A program made the translations under genes and the position numbers. From contig CALMEF010000163.1 of assembly GCA_937862825.1 (NCBI GenBank), positions 1 to 55,110 of the forward strand: 55,110 nucleotides of DNA, given 5' to 3'. The notes under the pieces are model-generated. The model searched no databases. It was not told the origin of the DNA and saw only the letters and a list, made by a program, of their open reading frames with translations. This DNA is from an uncultured Armatimonadetes bacterium (lineage in GTDB: Bacteria > Armatimonadota > Fimbriimonadia > Fimbriimonadales > Fimbriimonadaceae). Below are positions 33,409 through 42,880 of this stretch, piece by piece (the first letter of the stretch is position 1; each line of letters opens with the position of its first letter).

Positions 33409-34017
33409 TCAGTTTTCCGGATCGGCGCTCTTTCCATTCACGGTCGAAATCGCGCGTTCCAGTCCTTCACGTAAGATGGCTTCGCAACCATCGGCGGCTC
33501 GGGCGATCATTCGCTCCGCATCAACTCGCTCATCGGGATGAAACTTGGAGAGAACGTGGTCGATGGTCGCATCGCCAGGTCTACCGATTCCAAGTTTGAG
33601 CCGGGGATAGTCTTCAGTTCCCAGATGTTGAATGAGGGACTTGTGCCCGTTATGCCCGCCGCTGCTTCCTTTCGGCTTGAGCCGAACTCGGCCCATTACG
33701 AGATCAAGATCATCGGCGATCACGACGATGCGTTCTGGAGGAATTCCGAAGGACTTTGCCATTGGGGCGACTGCCCGCCCGCTCAAGTTCATGAACGTCA
33801 GTGGCTTCACCAATGCTACTGCCGTCCCTTCCATCATGCCGATCCCATAGACCGATTGGTGTTTGGCGATGCCAACCTTGATGCGGTGGCGTGATGCCAG
33901 TAAATCAATGACATCGAAACCGACGTTGTGTCGGGTGTGAGCATATTCAGGGCCAGGATTACCCAGCCCAACGAACAACCACTCTGGTGGCACGACGGGA
34001 ACTCTCTTTCGGAACAC
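33409..34017 (-). CDS. pth: Peptidyl-tRNA hydrolase
   Basis: LFVGLGNPGPEYAHTRHNVGF, MNLSGRAV, and GHNGHKS. The start is GTG 34017, or an internal GTG at 33993. Confidence 0.92.
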   Translation of the reverse strand: MFRKRVPVVPPEWLFVGLGNPGPEYAHTRHNVGFDVIDLLASRHRIKVGIAKHQSVYGIGMMEGTAVALVKPLTFMNLSGRAVAPMAKSFGIPPERIVVIADDLDLVMGRVRLKPKGSSGGHNGHKSLIQHLGTEDYPRLKLGIGRPGDATIDHVLSKFHPDERVDAERMIARAADGCEAILREGLERAISTVNGKSADPEN

Positions 34018-34833
34018 CTAACTCACCACGCCTCTTGATAACAAAACCAGCAGGAGCACTCCAAGGGCAACGCGGTAGACGATGAAAACCATGGTGCTCT
34101 TCGTCTGGAGAAACTTCATAAGGAACGCGATTGAGGCATAGCCGACAACAAAGGAGACCAAGGTTGCTACGATAGTCGGCATCAGATTGTCGTTGAGGAT
34201 TGCCTTCCGTTCCTCAATCAACTCAAAGATGCCTGCCGCGGCTATGCTCGGAGTACTGAGCAAAAACGAAAACCGGGCCGCAGTTGTCCGATCAAATCCG
34301 AGTAGTAGCGAGCCCGTTATGGTGCTTCCGCTTCGGCTCGCCCCGGGAATCAGCGCGATTGCCTGCCACAGCCCGACCAGCCATCCGTCCTTGGGCTGCA
34401 CCGAAACCAGTGGCCTTCCACGCTTGCCAACTTTTTCCGCGACCAGAAGCAAGACTCCCATGACGATGAGCATGATGGCCATGGTCTGAATCGACCGGAA
34501 TCCTGCACCCTTGATTTGGTCCTTGAAAAGAAACCCAAAGATGACGATAGGAATGGTTCCGTAGAAAATCGCCCAGCCCATTCGTGCTTCGGGCGACGAT
34601 TCCTTAGTCTTGAAGCTTCGAACCCATGCAGAAAGAGCCGACCATAAATCGCGACGGAAGTAGATGATGGCGGCGAACAGCGTCCCGATTTGAATGACTG
34701 CAGTGAACGCAGCACCAGGGTCTTCCCAACCCAATAGCGCGGGAACCACGCGAAGGTGCGCCGTACTGCTAATGGGGAGCCATTCGGTGAGACCCTGCAC
34801 AATCCCAAGGACAATCGCCTGAATCAGTTCCAC
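34018..34833 (-). CDS. uppP: Undecaprenyl-diphosphate phosphatase UppP/BacA
   Basis: ELIQAIVLGIVQGLTEWLPISSTAHL and PGASRSGSTI motifs. I prefer GTG 34833 (GAGGAGAG SD 5 nt upstream), which removes the overlap with wecB implied by the track start 34872. Confidence 0.9.
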   Translation of the reverse strand: MELIQAIVLGIVQGLTEWLPISSTAHLRVVPALLGWEDPGAAFTAVIQIGTLFAAIIYFRRDLWSALSAWVRSFKTKESSPEARMGWAIFYGTIPIVIFGFLFKDQIKGAGFRSIQTMAIMLIVMGVLLLVAEKVGKRGRPLVSVQPKDGWLVGLWQAIALIPGASRSGSTITGSLLLGFDRTTAARFSFLLSTPSIAAAGIFELIEERKAILNDNLMPTIVATLVSFVVGYASIAFLMKFLQTKSTMVFIVYRVALGVLLLVLLSRGVVS

Positions 34834-35954
34834 ATTCTCTCCTCTGCGGTCGAAATGCCAAGGTGTGAGCACACGACGCTTCGGATTCTTGCCGCGGCGC
34901 GACCGTCGCCGTAAGGGCTGGCGGTTTTTGACATGACTTCGTAGGCCTCTGGTTCGCTAAGCAACCGAAGAGACTCAGACACGATCCTTTGTGGGTCAGT
35001 CCCCACAAGTTTGGCGTTACCGGCTTCGACACCCTCCGGACGTTCGGTGTTTTCACGAAGAACGAGTACCGGGACACCGAAGGAGGGCGCTTCCTCTTGG
35101 ACTCCACCTGAGTCGGTCAGGATTAGCGCGGCGCGACGCATGAGCGTGACAAATGCTTCGTACTCCGGAGGCTCGATGAGTTCGATTCGATCTCGGTCGC
35201 CCAGCACTCGCTCGAGCGTCTCGCGAACGATGGGGTTTCGGTGCATCGGAACTACCAAAAGGGCATCGGGTGTCTGTTCAAGGACTTCTCGTGCGGCCAA
35301 CGCTATCTGCTCCTGCGGCAGGCCCCAGTTTTCACGACGGTGAGTCGTGAGGAGAATCAGGCGGCCCTTGTGATCTGGGTACCACGTCTTTGTTGACCTT
35401 TCGGCAATGGCAAGCACGGCATCAATGCCAGTGTTGCCGGTAACGAAGATTGAGCCCGGTTCTTTACGCTCTAATAGGAGATTCGCCTTTGCCATGCTCG
35501 TGGGCGCGAAGTGATGTTCGGCGATCAAACCCGTTGCCCTTCGGTTGAACTCCTCTGGAAACGGGTTTTGCACCGACTCTGTGCGGAGCCCGGCCTCGAC
35601 ATGGCCGAAGGGCGTTCGACGATAGAAAGCGACGAGACTTGCTACGAACGTCGTACTCGTATCGCCTTGTGCGATCACATAGTCAGGTCGAACCTCCTCA
35701 AAGGCTTTATCCAGCCCTTCAAGCGCTCTTGCCGTTAAGGAAGCCAGGGTTTGACCATGCTGCATCAGATTGAGGTCAATGTCAGCCTTGAACCCAAAGG
35801 AGGCAAAGACCTGGTCGAGCATTTCGCGGTGTTGTCCGGTTGAAACGACAATCGTCTCGACATCGGGGACTTTCTGTAGTTCCAGGACGACAGGGGCGCT
35901 CTTTATTGCGTCGGGACGTGTACCCACGACGCAGACGATCTTTGGTTTAGGCAT
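34824..35954 (-). CDS. wecB: UDP-N-acetylglucosamine 2-epimerase (non-hydrolysing)
   Basis: VVGTRPDAIKSAPV, TGQHREML, QGDTSTTF, HVEAGLR, LTDSGGVQEEAPSFGVPVLVLR. Confidence 0.93.
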   Translation of the reverse strand: MPKPKIVCVVGTRPDAIKSAPVVLELQKVPDVETIVVSTGQHREMLDQVFASFGFKADIDLNLMQHGQTLASLTARALEGLDKAFEEVRPDYVIAQGDTSTTFVASLVAFYRRTPFGHVEAGLRTESVQNPFPEEFNRRATGLIAEHHFAPTSMAKANLLLERKEPGSIFVTGNTGIDAVLAIAERSTKTWYPDHKGRLILLTTHRRENWGLPQEQIALAAREVLEQTPDALLVVPMHRNPIVRETLERVLGDRDRIELIEPPEYEAFVTLMRRAALILTDSGGVQEEAPSFGVPVLVLRENTERPEGVEAGNAKLVGTDPQRIVSESLRLLSEPEAYEVMSKTASPYGDGRAAARIRSVVCSHLGISTAEERMWN

Positions 35955-36972
35955 TCTGCTTCACCAAGATGAGCAGAACTCCGCAGAGGACAGCAGCAAC
36001 AGCGTAAAGAACCCACACGGTTTGGCGCTGGCTCAGGCCCTTTCCAAGGAGCGTGTGATGGACGTGGCGTTTGTCGGCCTGGGTGATTGGCTGGCCACTC
36101 AGCAACCGTCGGATGACAACAAAAAACGCGTCGAAGATTGGAACGCCAAAGACAAACACTGGCAGAAGTAACGAAATGAACGCGGCTGTCTTCAGGGCTC
36201 CGACGATGCTGGCACAGGCGAGCATGAAGCCGAGAATGTAGGCGCCGCCCGTTCCCATGATGATCTTTGCTGGGTTGTAGTTGTGCTTCAAGAAGCCAAC
36301 CGATGCTCCCGCTATTGCTGCGGCAATAATGGCGACTCGTGGCTGCTCGCCGTAGACAGCGATGACCATTAGCGTTGCCGCAGAGATCGTGGCGATGCCT
36401 GATGCCAGACCGTCTACGCCGTCGATCGTGTCCATCGTCTTGGTCACGACAAAGATGTAAATGGCCGTGATTGGAATGGCCAATGCCCCGAGTACCCAAT
36501 ACTGTGTTGGCGTGGTCAGAGGGATTGCGAGACTCTTAATCTGTACCTGCCCAACTGGGCCTTCAAAAAACTGGATAGCGACTCCCGCCCCAAGCAACAA
36601 CAACGCCTGCAACTTCGCCGAGTATTGGTAGAGGTCATCCAGCGCCCCAACGAACACTAGAAGCGCGCCCAACACTAACATCCCGATCAGGTAGTTCGGG
36701 AACGGCTTTGACTCTGGGAATGCGAAAGGAAGGATGACCAGAAGGGCAATGGCGATTCCGGCGTAAATGGCCAAGCCGCCCCAACGCGGCAACGGCTCCT
36801 TATGGATGCGCCGATCATCTCTCTTTGGGTCATCAACCGCACCCTTTTTAATCGCAAAGTTGCGAACTACCGGTGTGAGCAACCAACTCACAGCCATGGC
36901 GATGAGCCCGGCCAAGAGTGGCGCACGAAATCCGTCAAGAACTTTTCCCTGAACTGCGAGAAGATCGATCAA
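35947..36972 (-). CDS. MraY/WecA-family polyprenyl-phosphate N-acetylhexosamine-1-phosphate transferase
   Basis: A polytopic 341-aa protein with GALDDLY, TKTMDTIDGVDGLASG, and DKRHVHHTLL motifs. Confidence 0.85.
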   Translation of the reverse strand: MIDLLAVQGKVLDGFRAPLLAGLIAMAVSWLLTPVVRNFAIKKGAVDDPKRDDRRIHKEPLPRWGGLAIYAGIAIALLVILPFAFPESKPFPNYLIGMLVLGALLVFVGALDDLYQYSAKLQALLLLGAGVAIQFFEGPVGQVQIKSLAIPLTTPTQYWVLGALAIPITAIYIFVVTKTMDTIDGVDGLASGIATISAATLMVIAVYGEQPRVAIIAAAIAGASVGFLKHNYNPAKIIMGTGGAYILGFMLACASIVGALKTAAFISLLLPVFVFGVPIFDAFFVVIRRLLSGQPITQADKRHVHHTLLGKGLSQRQTVWVLYAVAAVLCGVLLILVKQNA

Positions 36973-36979
36973 CCTTTGA

Positions 36980-37456
36980 TCAGGCTCCTAATTCCAGGCG
37001 TTCCAGCCGTTGGTCGCGATACAAATACACTTCCATTTGCGATTCTCGAAACAAGTCAATAGAGAACTCGTCGGGGTAATCCCCTTCATAAATGACGCGC
37101 GAGATGCCCGCATTGATGATCATCTTCGCGCACGTGTTGCAAGGTTGACAAGTTACGTACATTGTCGCGCCTTCGCAAGCAACACCGATCATGGCTGCCT
37201 GAAGGAGTGCGTTTTGTTCTGCATGTAGGGCTCGAATGCAATGACCGGCCCGCATACAGCCAGTTGGCGCATCGTTCTCGGGTCCTCCGGGCGGGCAATG
37301 CGCGATCCCTCGGGGAGCACCGTTATAGCCCGTTGCCAAAATCCGTTTGTCTCGGACGATGACCGCACCGACTGAACGTCGCGGACAGGTTGCCCTTGTC
37401 GCCACCAAATGGGCGATCTGGATGAAGTAGGAATCCCAACTAGGCCTCGCGTGCAT
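36980..37456 (-). CDS. Deoxycytidylate (dCMP) deaminase, ComEB-type
   Basis: WDSYFIQIAHLVATRATCPRRSVGAVIV, HAEQNAL, and TCQPCNTCAKMIINAGI (zinc ligands H/C..C). Confidence 0.88.
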   Translation of the reverse strand: MHARPSWDSYFIQIAHLVATRATCPRRSVGAVIVRDKRILATGYNGAPRGIAHCPPGGPENDAPTGCMRAGHCIRALHAEQNALLQAAMIGVACEGATMYVTCQPCNTCAKMIINAGISRVIYEGDYPDEFSIDLFRESQMEVYLYRDQRLERLELGA

Positions 37457-37501
37457 GGAACCGGACTGATTATGGCGCAGTCGGGCGAGCGTGCCGGTGA
37501 A

Positions 37502-40213
37502 CTACATTCCAAACAATTGTGCCAAGTCGACTTTATGATCCAGCATTTTCGCGTTTACGTCGCCAACCTTCTCCATGCGTTCCCAAATGTTCCACATGCG
37601 GAACTGCCTGGGGTCAGCGGTCCTCAGTTCGTCCCACGTGACAGGCATGGAAACCATTGCTCCAGGCAAAGCCCTTGGGGAGAACGCCGCGTTTAGCGTC
37701 TTCCCTCTGACGTTCATGTTGTAATCCATGAAAATCTTGCCCGTTCGTTTGGTGGTGCTCCACTCGATGGTGATGTCGTTGGGGTGAGCCAGCAACAAGG
37801 TTTTACTGAGGGTTTCACAAATCGCCCGGACCTCGTCGAAGGTCAAGTTCCGGATGATTGGAGCAAAGATATGTAGCCCGGTTTTGCCGGACAACTTAAC
37901 GAAGGTCTTCAGGCCCAAGCCGTCCAGGACTTCCTTGAGCCAGAATGCCACCTCCTTACCCTTCTCAAATCCGGCTTCATTGAACTCAGGCTCCTCACCT
38001 TCCTTTTCCTCTCCTGAATAAACGTAAGGGTCAAGGTCAAAGGTGAGCCAGTCTGGATAGTTGAGAATGGATGCATCGATGTTTTCGTCGGAGTCCAGTG
38101 CGTTCATGGAGAGGTTTTTGCCGTCTGGCACCCGGCTCATTCGCAGGTGAGGGACATGGAACTCCAATGTGCCGAGATGCCCCAACCAAAGAAGCGTCGG
38201 CAAGTTGCCACACATGATGTAACTGTGATTGATCCCCTTCGTCCCACTGAACATCGGGATTGTTTCAACAAAGGGAGGCAGTTTCTGATCCCAGTGTTTT
38301 TGATAAAAACGCTCGCCATAGATTCCTTCCGGGAAGCGAATCAGGGTCAGGGGTTTGTCAACCGTATGTTGGAGCATCCAACGCGACACCCTGGCCAAAT
38401 AACGCAGAAGGTCTCTCTTGGTGAGCGTGTCCTGCCCAAACTCCTTTGCCTCGGGCCAGAGGACTTTGTCGAGGCTGGTTGCGACGAAGGCCTCGCCGCA
38501 CACCTCTAACTTGAGATCCTGTCCCTTCTGATCGAGTTGGGTGAGAACGCTATCGATGTCCTCTTGGGTGTGTCCGCCAATGAATCGCTCGACATCCGGG
38601 CCGAGATGCACTGTGTCGATTCTTCTGACCTGTGACGGATCAACGTCTCCTCGCTCACGCAAGAAAACTGGGGCCCGAAGGTTTCCTTCTGGAGTCCACT
38701 CATGAAACTTCACCTCAACCACGGTCTCGGGTCGAATCCATGTTGCTCCGCTGGACATTGGAGGCACGTCTGCAAACGGGCATTCGTTCTGACGAAGTGA
38801 CTCCAAGCGACCACGCCAGTCGGTCAGTTGTGCATCGTCAAATCCGGAGCCAACGTTGCCAGCGTATTCCAACCGATCACCGTCCCAGACCCCCAGAAAG
38901 AGCGAACCGAAGGTGTCTGATCTTGCACCGTCGCCCCGCGAGTAGCCGCCAACAACGAAGTCTGCCGTTTGCACGTGCTTGACTTTCAGCCAGTTACGTG
39001 ATCTACGTCCTGCCTCGTATCTGCTGTCAAGGCGCTTGGCAATGATGCCCTCCATGCCTGTCTGAGCAGCCACATGGAACATCAAGGAGCCTTCGCCGAC
39101 CATCGCCTCAGTAACTTGGATTCTTGAGTCGGGCCACAAGCATTGTTGAAGCCAGAATCGCCGATTCTTCAGTGGGGCGTTTCTCGTGTCAACACCCGCG
39201 AAGTGAAGCAAATCAAAGACGAAGTAAATGCAAGGTGTTTCGAGGTCGGCTGCTTCCAACATCGAGCGCTCTTTGAGTTGCGCACGTTTCTGCATAGCGT
39301 TAAACGACGGCTTTCCAGCAGTGTCAAACGCAACAATTTCCCCGTCCAGCACCATGCCATTGCAAGCCTGGTTCCGTAGTTGTCGAACCAATTCTGGGTA
39401 TTTGTCAGTAACGTCCAGCCCATTTCGCGAAGTGAGCTGAACCTCGTCACCATTGATGAACGCAAGCGTCCGATAGCCGTCCAGCTTAGGCTCAAACAAC
39501 CATCCCTCGTCATCGAATGCTGCGTCTGCAGGAGTGGCGAGCATCGGTGCTAACTTGGGCACGGTCTCCATTGGACCTGTTGAGACCATCTCATCAATGG
39601 GCACGGGCTCTGGTACGGCTCCATTAGCCAGATCCTCGAGTGACAGTCCAGACAGCACGGAGTTTGACGACGTCATCGCATCGAACTCTTCTTCGTGAGC
39701 AAAACGATCCCGGTGCTTGAGAATCAGCCAGTTAACGCCGTCTTTCATCCGGACCAAGGCAAATGAACCCCGGATTTTTGAGCCGCGAAGTTGTAGGGAA
39801 ATCTTTCCGTCTGCCAACTCTTGGCACAATTGCGCTTCGGCGGATTCTCGATCGTTGAACTGAACACCGCCCTCGTCAGGGCTATAGACGCCACAGTCCC
39901 AGACGATCATTTCACCCGCGCCATACTGGCCTGCGGGTATCACCCCCTCGAAGTTGGCATAGCCAAATGGGTGGTCTTCCGTGGCGACCGCCAGGTGCTT
40001 CTCTCCCAAGGTCAACGGGATTCCCTTGGGTAGGGCCCAACTTTTCAGTACTCCGTTGAGTTCCAGCCGAAGGTCGTAGTGCAGTCGGGTCGCGGAGTGT
40101 TGCTGTATACAGAAGAGCAGCGGGCCTTTTCGCGAAGATGCGTCTCCACCGAAGGGCTCTGGAGTGGCCCCCTGCGACCGTTTCTCAAAGTAATCCTTTA
40201 GGTCTGGAGCCAT
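37502..40213 (-). CDS. ligD: Multifunctional NHEJ DNA ligase LigD (phosphoesterase - ATP-dependent ligase - polymerase/primase)
   Basis: The PE domain has FCIQQHSATRLHYDLRLE..LKSWALPKG. The ligase has FEPKLDGYR (adenylation Lys) and later motifs. The C-terminal Pol domain has LDKVLWPE...TKRDLLRYL....PLTLIRFPEGI....FYQKH. I prefer ATG 40213 (MAPDLKDYFEKR) over the track start 40300. Confidence 0.9.
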   Translation of the reverse strand: MAPDLKDYFEKRSQGATPEPFGGDASSRKGPLLFCIQQHSATRLHYDLRLELNGVLKSWALPKGIPLTLGEKHLAVATEDHPFGYANFEGVIPAGQYGAGEMIVWDCGVYSPDEGGVQFNDRESAEAQLCQELADGKISLQLRGSKIRGSFALVRMKDGVNWLILKHRDRFAHEEEFDAMTSSNSVLSGLSLEDLANGAVPEPVPIDEMVSTGPMETVPKLAPMLATPADAAFDDEGWLFEPKLDGYRTLAFINGDEVQLTSRNGLDVTDKYPELVRQLRNQACNGMVLDGEIVAFDTAGKPSFNAMQKRAQLKERSMLEAADLETPCIYFVFDLLHFAGVDTRNAPLKNRRFWLQQCLWPDSRIQVTEAMVGEGSLMFHVAAQTGMEGIIAKRLDSRYEAGRRSRNWLKVKHVQTADFVVGGYSRGDGARSDTFGSLFLGVWDGDRLEYAGNVGSGFDDAQLTDWRGRLESLRQNECPFADVPPMSSGATWIRPETVVEVKFHEWTPEGNLRAPVFLRERGDVDPSQVRRIDTVHLGPDVERFIGGHTQEDIDSVLTQLDQKGQDLKLEVCGEAFVATSLDKVLWPEAKEFGQDTLTKRDLLRYLARVSRWMLQHTVDKPLTLIRFPEGIYGERFYQKHWDQKLPPFVETIPMFSGTKGINHSYIMCGNLPTLLWLGHLGTLEFHVPHLRMSRVPDGKNLSMNALDSDENIDASILNYPDWLTFDLDPYVYSGEEKEGEEPEFNEAGFEKGKEVAFWLKEVLDGLGLKTFVKLSGKTGLHIFAPIIRNLTFDEVRAICETLSKTLLLAHPNDITIEWSTTKRTGKIFMDYNMNVRGKTLNAAFSPRALPGAMVSMPVTWDELRTADPRQFRMWNIWERMEKVGDVNAKMLDHKVDLAQLFGM

Positions 40214-40302
40214 GCCACGCGGACCGTTTTTACCATAATGCCGTACCTTGTCGTGCCCTGAGATCGTATGATATGATGAACCTGTACAGGAGGTACGCAA
40301 CT

Positions 40303-40968
40303 ATGATAGGAATTGTCATCCCAACCGCACTCACCGCCGCAATGGCGCTTGCACCCATCCAAGAGGACCGAGAACAGGAACTCTCCAACCACGCTGGAAC
40401 GATTTATGGCCCCACAGGCCTGATTTCGGTGCCCACTGCTTACAGCGCGAAGGTTCGGACTGCCGATGTGAACATGTTCTTTGGGAAGGACAATCGATCC
40501 GCAGGGGCCAACTTTTCCCTTATCAAAGATATTGAGTTGGGCGGTACCTGGGTGAACCGAAACGGAGCCAATGATCGCGGGTTTGCCAACGCGAAGATCA
40601 CGATCGTCCCTTCGAACTTCAAGCAGTTCGAGGTCGGAGCAGGCGTCATTGATGGATTTGACGCGATCAACCGCACCTTCTATGTGGTTGGTTCGGCCAC
40701 ATTGGCGACTCCTGACGTTTCTGCAGACAAAGTCGGCCAAGCCGTCGGATTCAAGATTCATGCTGGGGTCGGAACTGGACTCTTCAGGGAGCGCTTGATC
40801 GGTGGTGCCGAACTTCAGTTCGGTCAAGGTTTCAGCGTAATTGGCGAATACGACGCGCGCAACTTCAACGGCGCGATTCGCTATTCGCACAAGGACTATT
40901 TTGGAGTGCAGGCTGGCTTCTGGAACAAGGGAGTCTTTGTTGGTGCCACAACCAAGCTGAACTTCTAG
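40303..40968 (+). CDS. Hypothetical secreted beta-rich protein
   Basis: ATG 40303 is preceded by AGGAGG (40288-40293). The signal peptide is MIGIVIPTALTAAMALAP. The C-terminus ends in F (..TTKLNF) and the composition is beta-strand-like, so an outer-membrane or YjbH-like fold is possible. Confidence 0.55.
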   Translation: MIGIVIPTALTAAMALAPIQEDREQELSNHAGTIYGPTGLISVPTAYSAKVRTADVNMFFGKDNRSAGANFSLIKDIELGGTWVNRNGANDRGFANAKITIVPSNFKQFEVGAGVIDGFDAINRTFYVVGSATLATPDVSADKVGQAVGFKIHAGVGTGLFRERLIGGAELQFGQGFSVIGEYDARNFNGAIRYSHKDYFGVQAGFWNKGVFVGATTKLNF

Positions 40969-40979
40969 GCGTCAGAATT

Positions 40980-41005
40980 AGTGAGCCGGATTGAACCGGC
41001 TCACT
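40980..41005 (+). terminator. Hairpin after the 40303-40968 gene
   Basis: AGTGAGCCGG (40980-40989), loop ATTGAA, CCGGCTCACT (40996-41005). The U-tract is weak. Confidence 0.45.
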
Positions 41006-41013
41006 CTCTGCTT

Positions 41014-41736
41014 ATGCGCCACCTGCTTTTCATCCCGCTGCTGTTTTCCGCCCATGCTTCGGCTCAGACCAAGCATGATCCGTTCGACTTCAAAATGGCG
41101 AGCGTGATCATCCTTCAATCGAAGGAGGTGCAGAAGGAACTCGGAATCTCCGAGGCGCAGCGAACCCAAATGAACAAGTACGCGGACAAGCATCGCGGCG
41201 AACTTGTCGCTTACCAGAAGCAACTGGAAGCCAGGCAGAAAGACAAGAACAAGCCCCTTGACGTCGACCCCACGAAAATGGACGGCATGTTTGTCAACTT
41301 GAAGAAGGGGGTTTTTGGCCAACTCAAGCCTGGGCAACTCAAGCGACTCCGTGAAATTAGCCTTCAGCAACTTGGTTTGGTGGCGCTTATTGATGAGACA
41401 GTCGCGACTCGGGTTGGCCTTTCGGTCCCTGAGCAAAAGAAGATCAAGTCCGTCTACGAGTCTGGAATCAAGGAAGCCGACCAGATAGCCCAGGCCGGGC
41501 AGGCGCAACTCGAAATTCAACTCAACGAACTTAGAAAGAAGTATCCAAATCCGAAGACCGACGCCGAGAAAGAGAAAGTGATGTCGGAGGCTCAAAAGAA
41601 GGCAGAGGCTATTGAAAAGCGAATCGATCCGCAGATTGAATCCGTTCGGAAAGTGACCCTGACGAAGATGCTCTCCATGCTGTCGGCCAAGCAACGAGGG
41701 AACTGGACGACCCTCCTTGGCAAACCGTTCAAGTAA
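41014..41736 (+). CDS. Hypothetical secreted Lys/Gln/Glu-rich helical repeat protein
   Basis: Start at ATG 41014 gives the signal peptide MRHLLFIPLLFSAHASAQ. It has repeated L.(L/I)S..Q...+ segments. The longer antisense ORF 40978-41799 is Leu/Arg-rich shadow. Confidence 0.55.
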   Translation: MRHLLFIPLLFSAHASAQTKHDPFDFKMASVIILQSKEVQKELGISEAQRTQMNKYADKHRGELVAYQKQLEARQKDKNKPLDVDPTKMDGMFVNLKKGVFGQLKPGQLKRLREISLQQLGLVALIDETVATRVGLSVPEQKKIKSVYESGIKEADQIAQAGQAQLEIQLNELRKKYPNPKTDAEKEKVMSEAQKKAEAIEKRIDPQIESVRKVTLTKMLSMLSAKQRGNWTTLLGKPFK

Positions 41737-41758
41737 CGCTCTGCTAAACTCTGAGTTG

Positions 41759-42832
41759 ATGCGTGCCGAATCGCTCGAGTTCTTGAAAGCCATCGTCAAT
41801 GTCCCCTCACCCTCTGGGTACGAGGAACGAGCGGCTGAGGTCTATCGTCAAGCCATGGCGCCCCATGCAGACAAGGTGCACACCGATGTGCACGGCAACG
41901 TTTGGGCGATTTTGAATCCTGATGCCGAGATGAAGATCATGCTCGCCGGTCACATGGACGAGATCGGTTTCATCATTCACTACATTGACGATTCCGGCTT
42001 GTTGTACTTTAGCGGCATCGGAGGTCATGATAGCGTCATACCGGTCGGTCAACGCGTTTGGGTTCATGGCAAAGAACAAGTGTGCGGCGTTATCGGACGC
42101 AAGGCGATCCATCTCCTTGAGGACGAAGAACGCAAGAAGAAACCCGAGATCAAAGACCTCTGGATTGACATTGGTGCGTCGAACCGAGCCGAGGCGGAAG
42201 CGTTGGTTAACCTTGGTGACGTCGTCACCTTCCAATACGAGTTCCAGCACCTCATCGGCGACCGCGCGACAGCGAGAGGCTTCGACAACAAGATGGGCAC
42301 GTTCATCGTCGGAGAGGCTTTGAGGTTGCTCAAGGAAGATGGCGGATTGGATCCCAATGTGGGTGTTTACGCCGTCGCAACGGTTCAAGAAGAGATCGGC
42401 CTTCGCGGCGCACGGACTTCCGCCTTTGGTATCGCGCCGCAGAGCGGACTCGCGGTTGACGTTAACCACGCCATTGACTATCCGACGGTTTCGAAGACTC
42501 GCCACGGTCAACTTGATATCGGCAAAGGCCCTTCGGTGATGCGTGGTGCCAACACTAACCCTATCGTCTTCAAGATGGTTCAGGAAGGGGCCAAAAAGGA
42601 AGACATTCCGTATCAGGTTGACGTCGCTGCTGGCGGAACTGGGACCGATGGAAACGCGATGCAGATCAGTCGAGATGGCATGGCGGTCGGCATCCTTGGA
42701 GTCCCGCTCCGGTACATGCACACGCCGTGTGAAGTGTTGTCACTTACCGACGTCGAGAACTGTGCACGTCTCATGGCCGCATATTGTCGATTGGTCAAAC
42801 CGGACACTGACTTCACTCCTCGCCTTGGTTAA
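41759..42832 (+). CDS. M42 family metallopeptidase (FrvX/YsdC-type aminopeptidase/endoglucanase-like)
   Basis: MRAESLEFLKAIVNVPSPSGYEE, LAGHMDEIGF, QEEIGLRGA, and YMHTPCEV are M42 signatures. Confidence 0.88.
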   Translation: MRAESLEFLKAIVNVPSPSGYEERAAEVYRQAMAPHADKVHTDVHGNVWAILNPDAEMKIMLAGHMDEIGFIIHYIDDSGLLYFSGIGGHDSVIPVGQRVWVHGKEQVCGVIGRKAIHLLEDEERKKKPEIKDLWIDIGASNRAEAEALVNLGDVVTFQYEFQHLIGDRATARGFDNKMGTFIVGEALRLLKEDGGLDPNVGVYAVATVQEEIGLRGARTSAFGIAPQSGLAVDVNHAIDYPTVSKTRHGQLDIGKGPSVMRGANTNPIVFKMVQEGAKKEDIPYQVDVAAGGTGTDGNAMQISRDGMAVGILGVPLRYMHTPCEVLSLTDVENCARLMAAYCRLVKPDTDFTPRLG

Positions 42833-42880
42833 TCTCGAAACGAATCGAACTGGTTTGAACGTACTTACTAGGTGCCACCC

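Noticed and set aside
40198-42721. Three consecutive long antisense ORFs (40198-40890, 40978-41799, 41807-42721) that nearly match the length of the sense genes, plus a similar one at 16487-17326
   Set aside because: Their products are Leu/Arg/Ser-rich, low-complexity and lack recognisable motifs. The opposite-strand products have signal peptides, SD sequences or clear family motifs (M42 peptidase, hydrolase). These are typical shadow ORFs of moderately GC-rich coding DNA.
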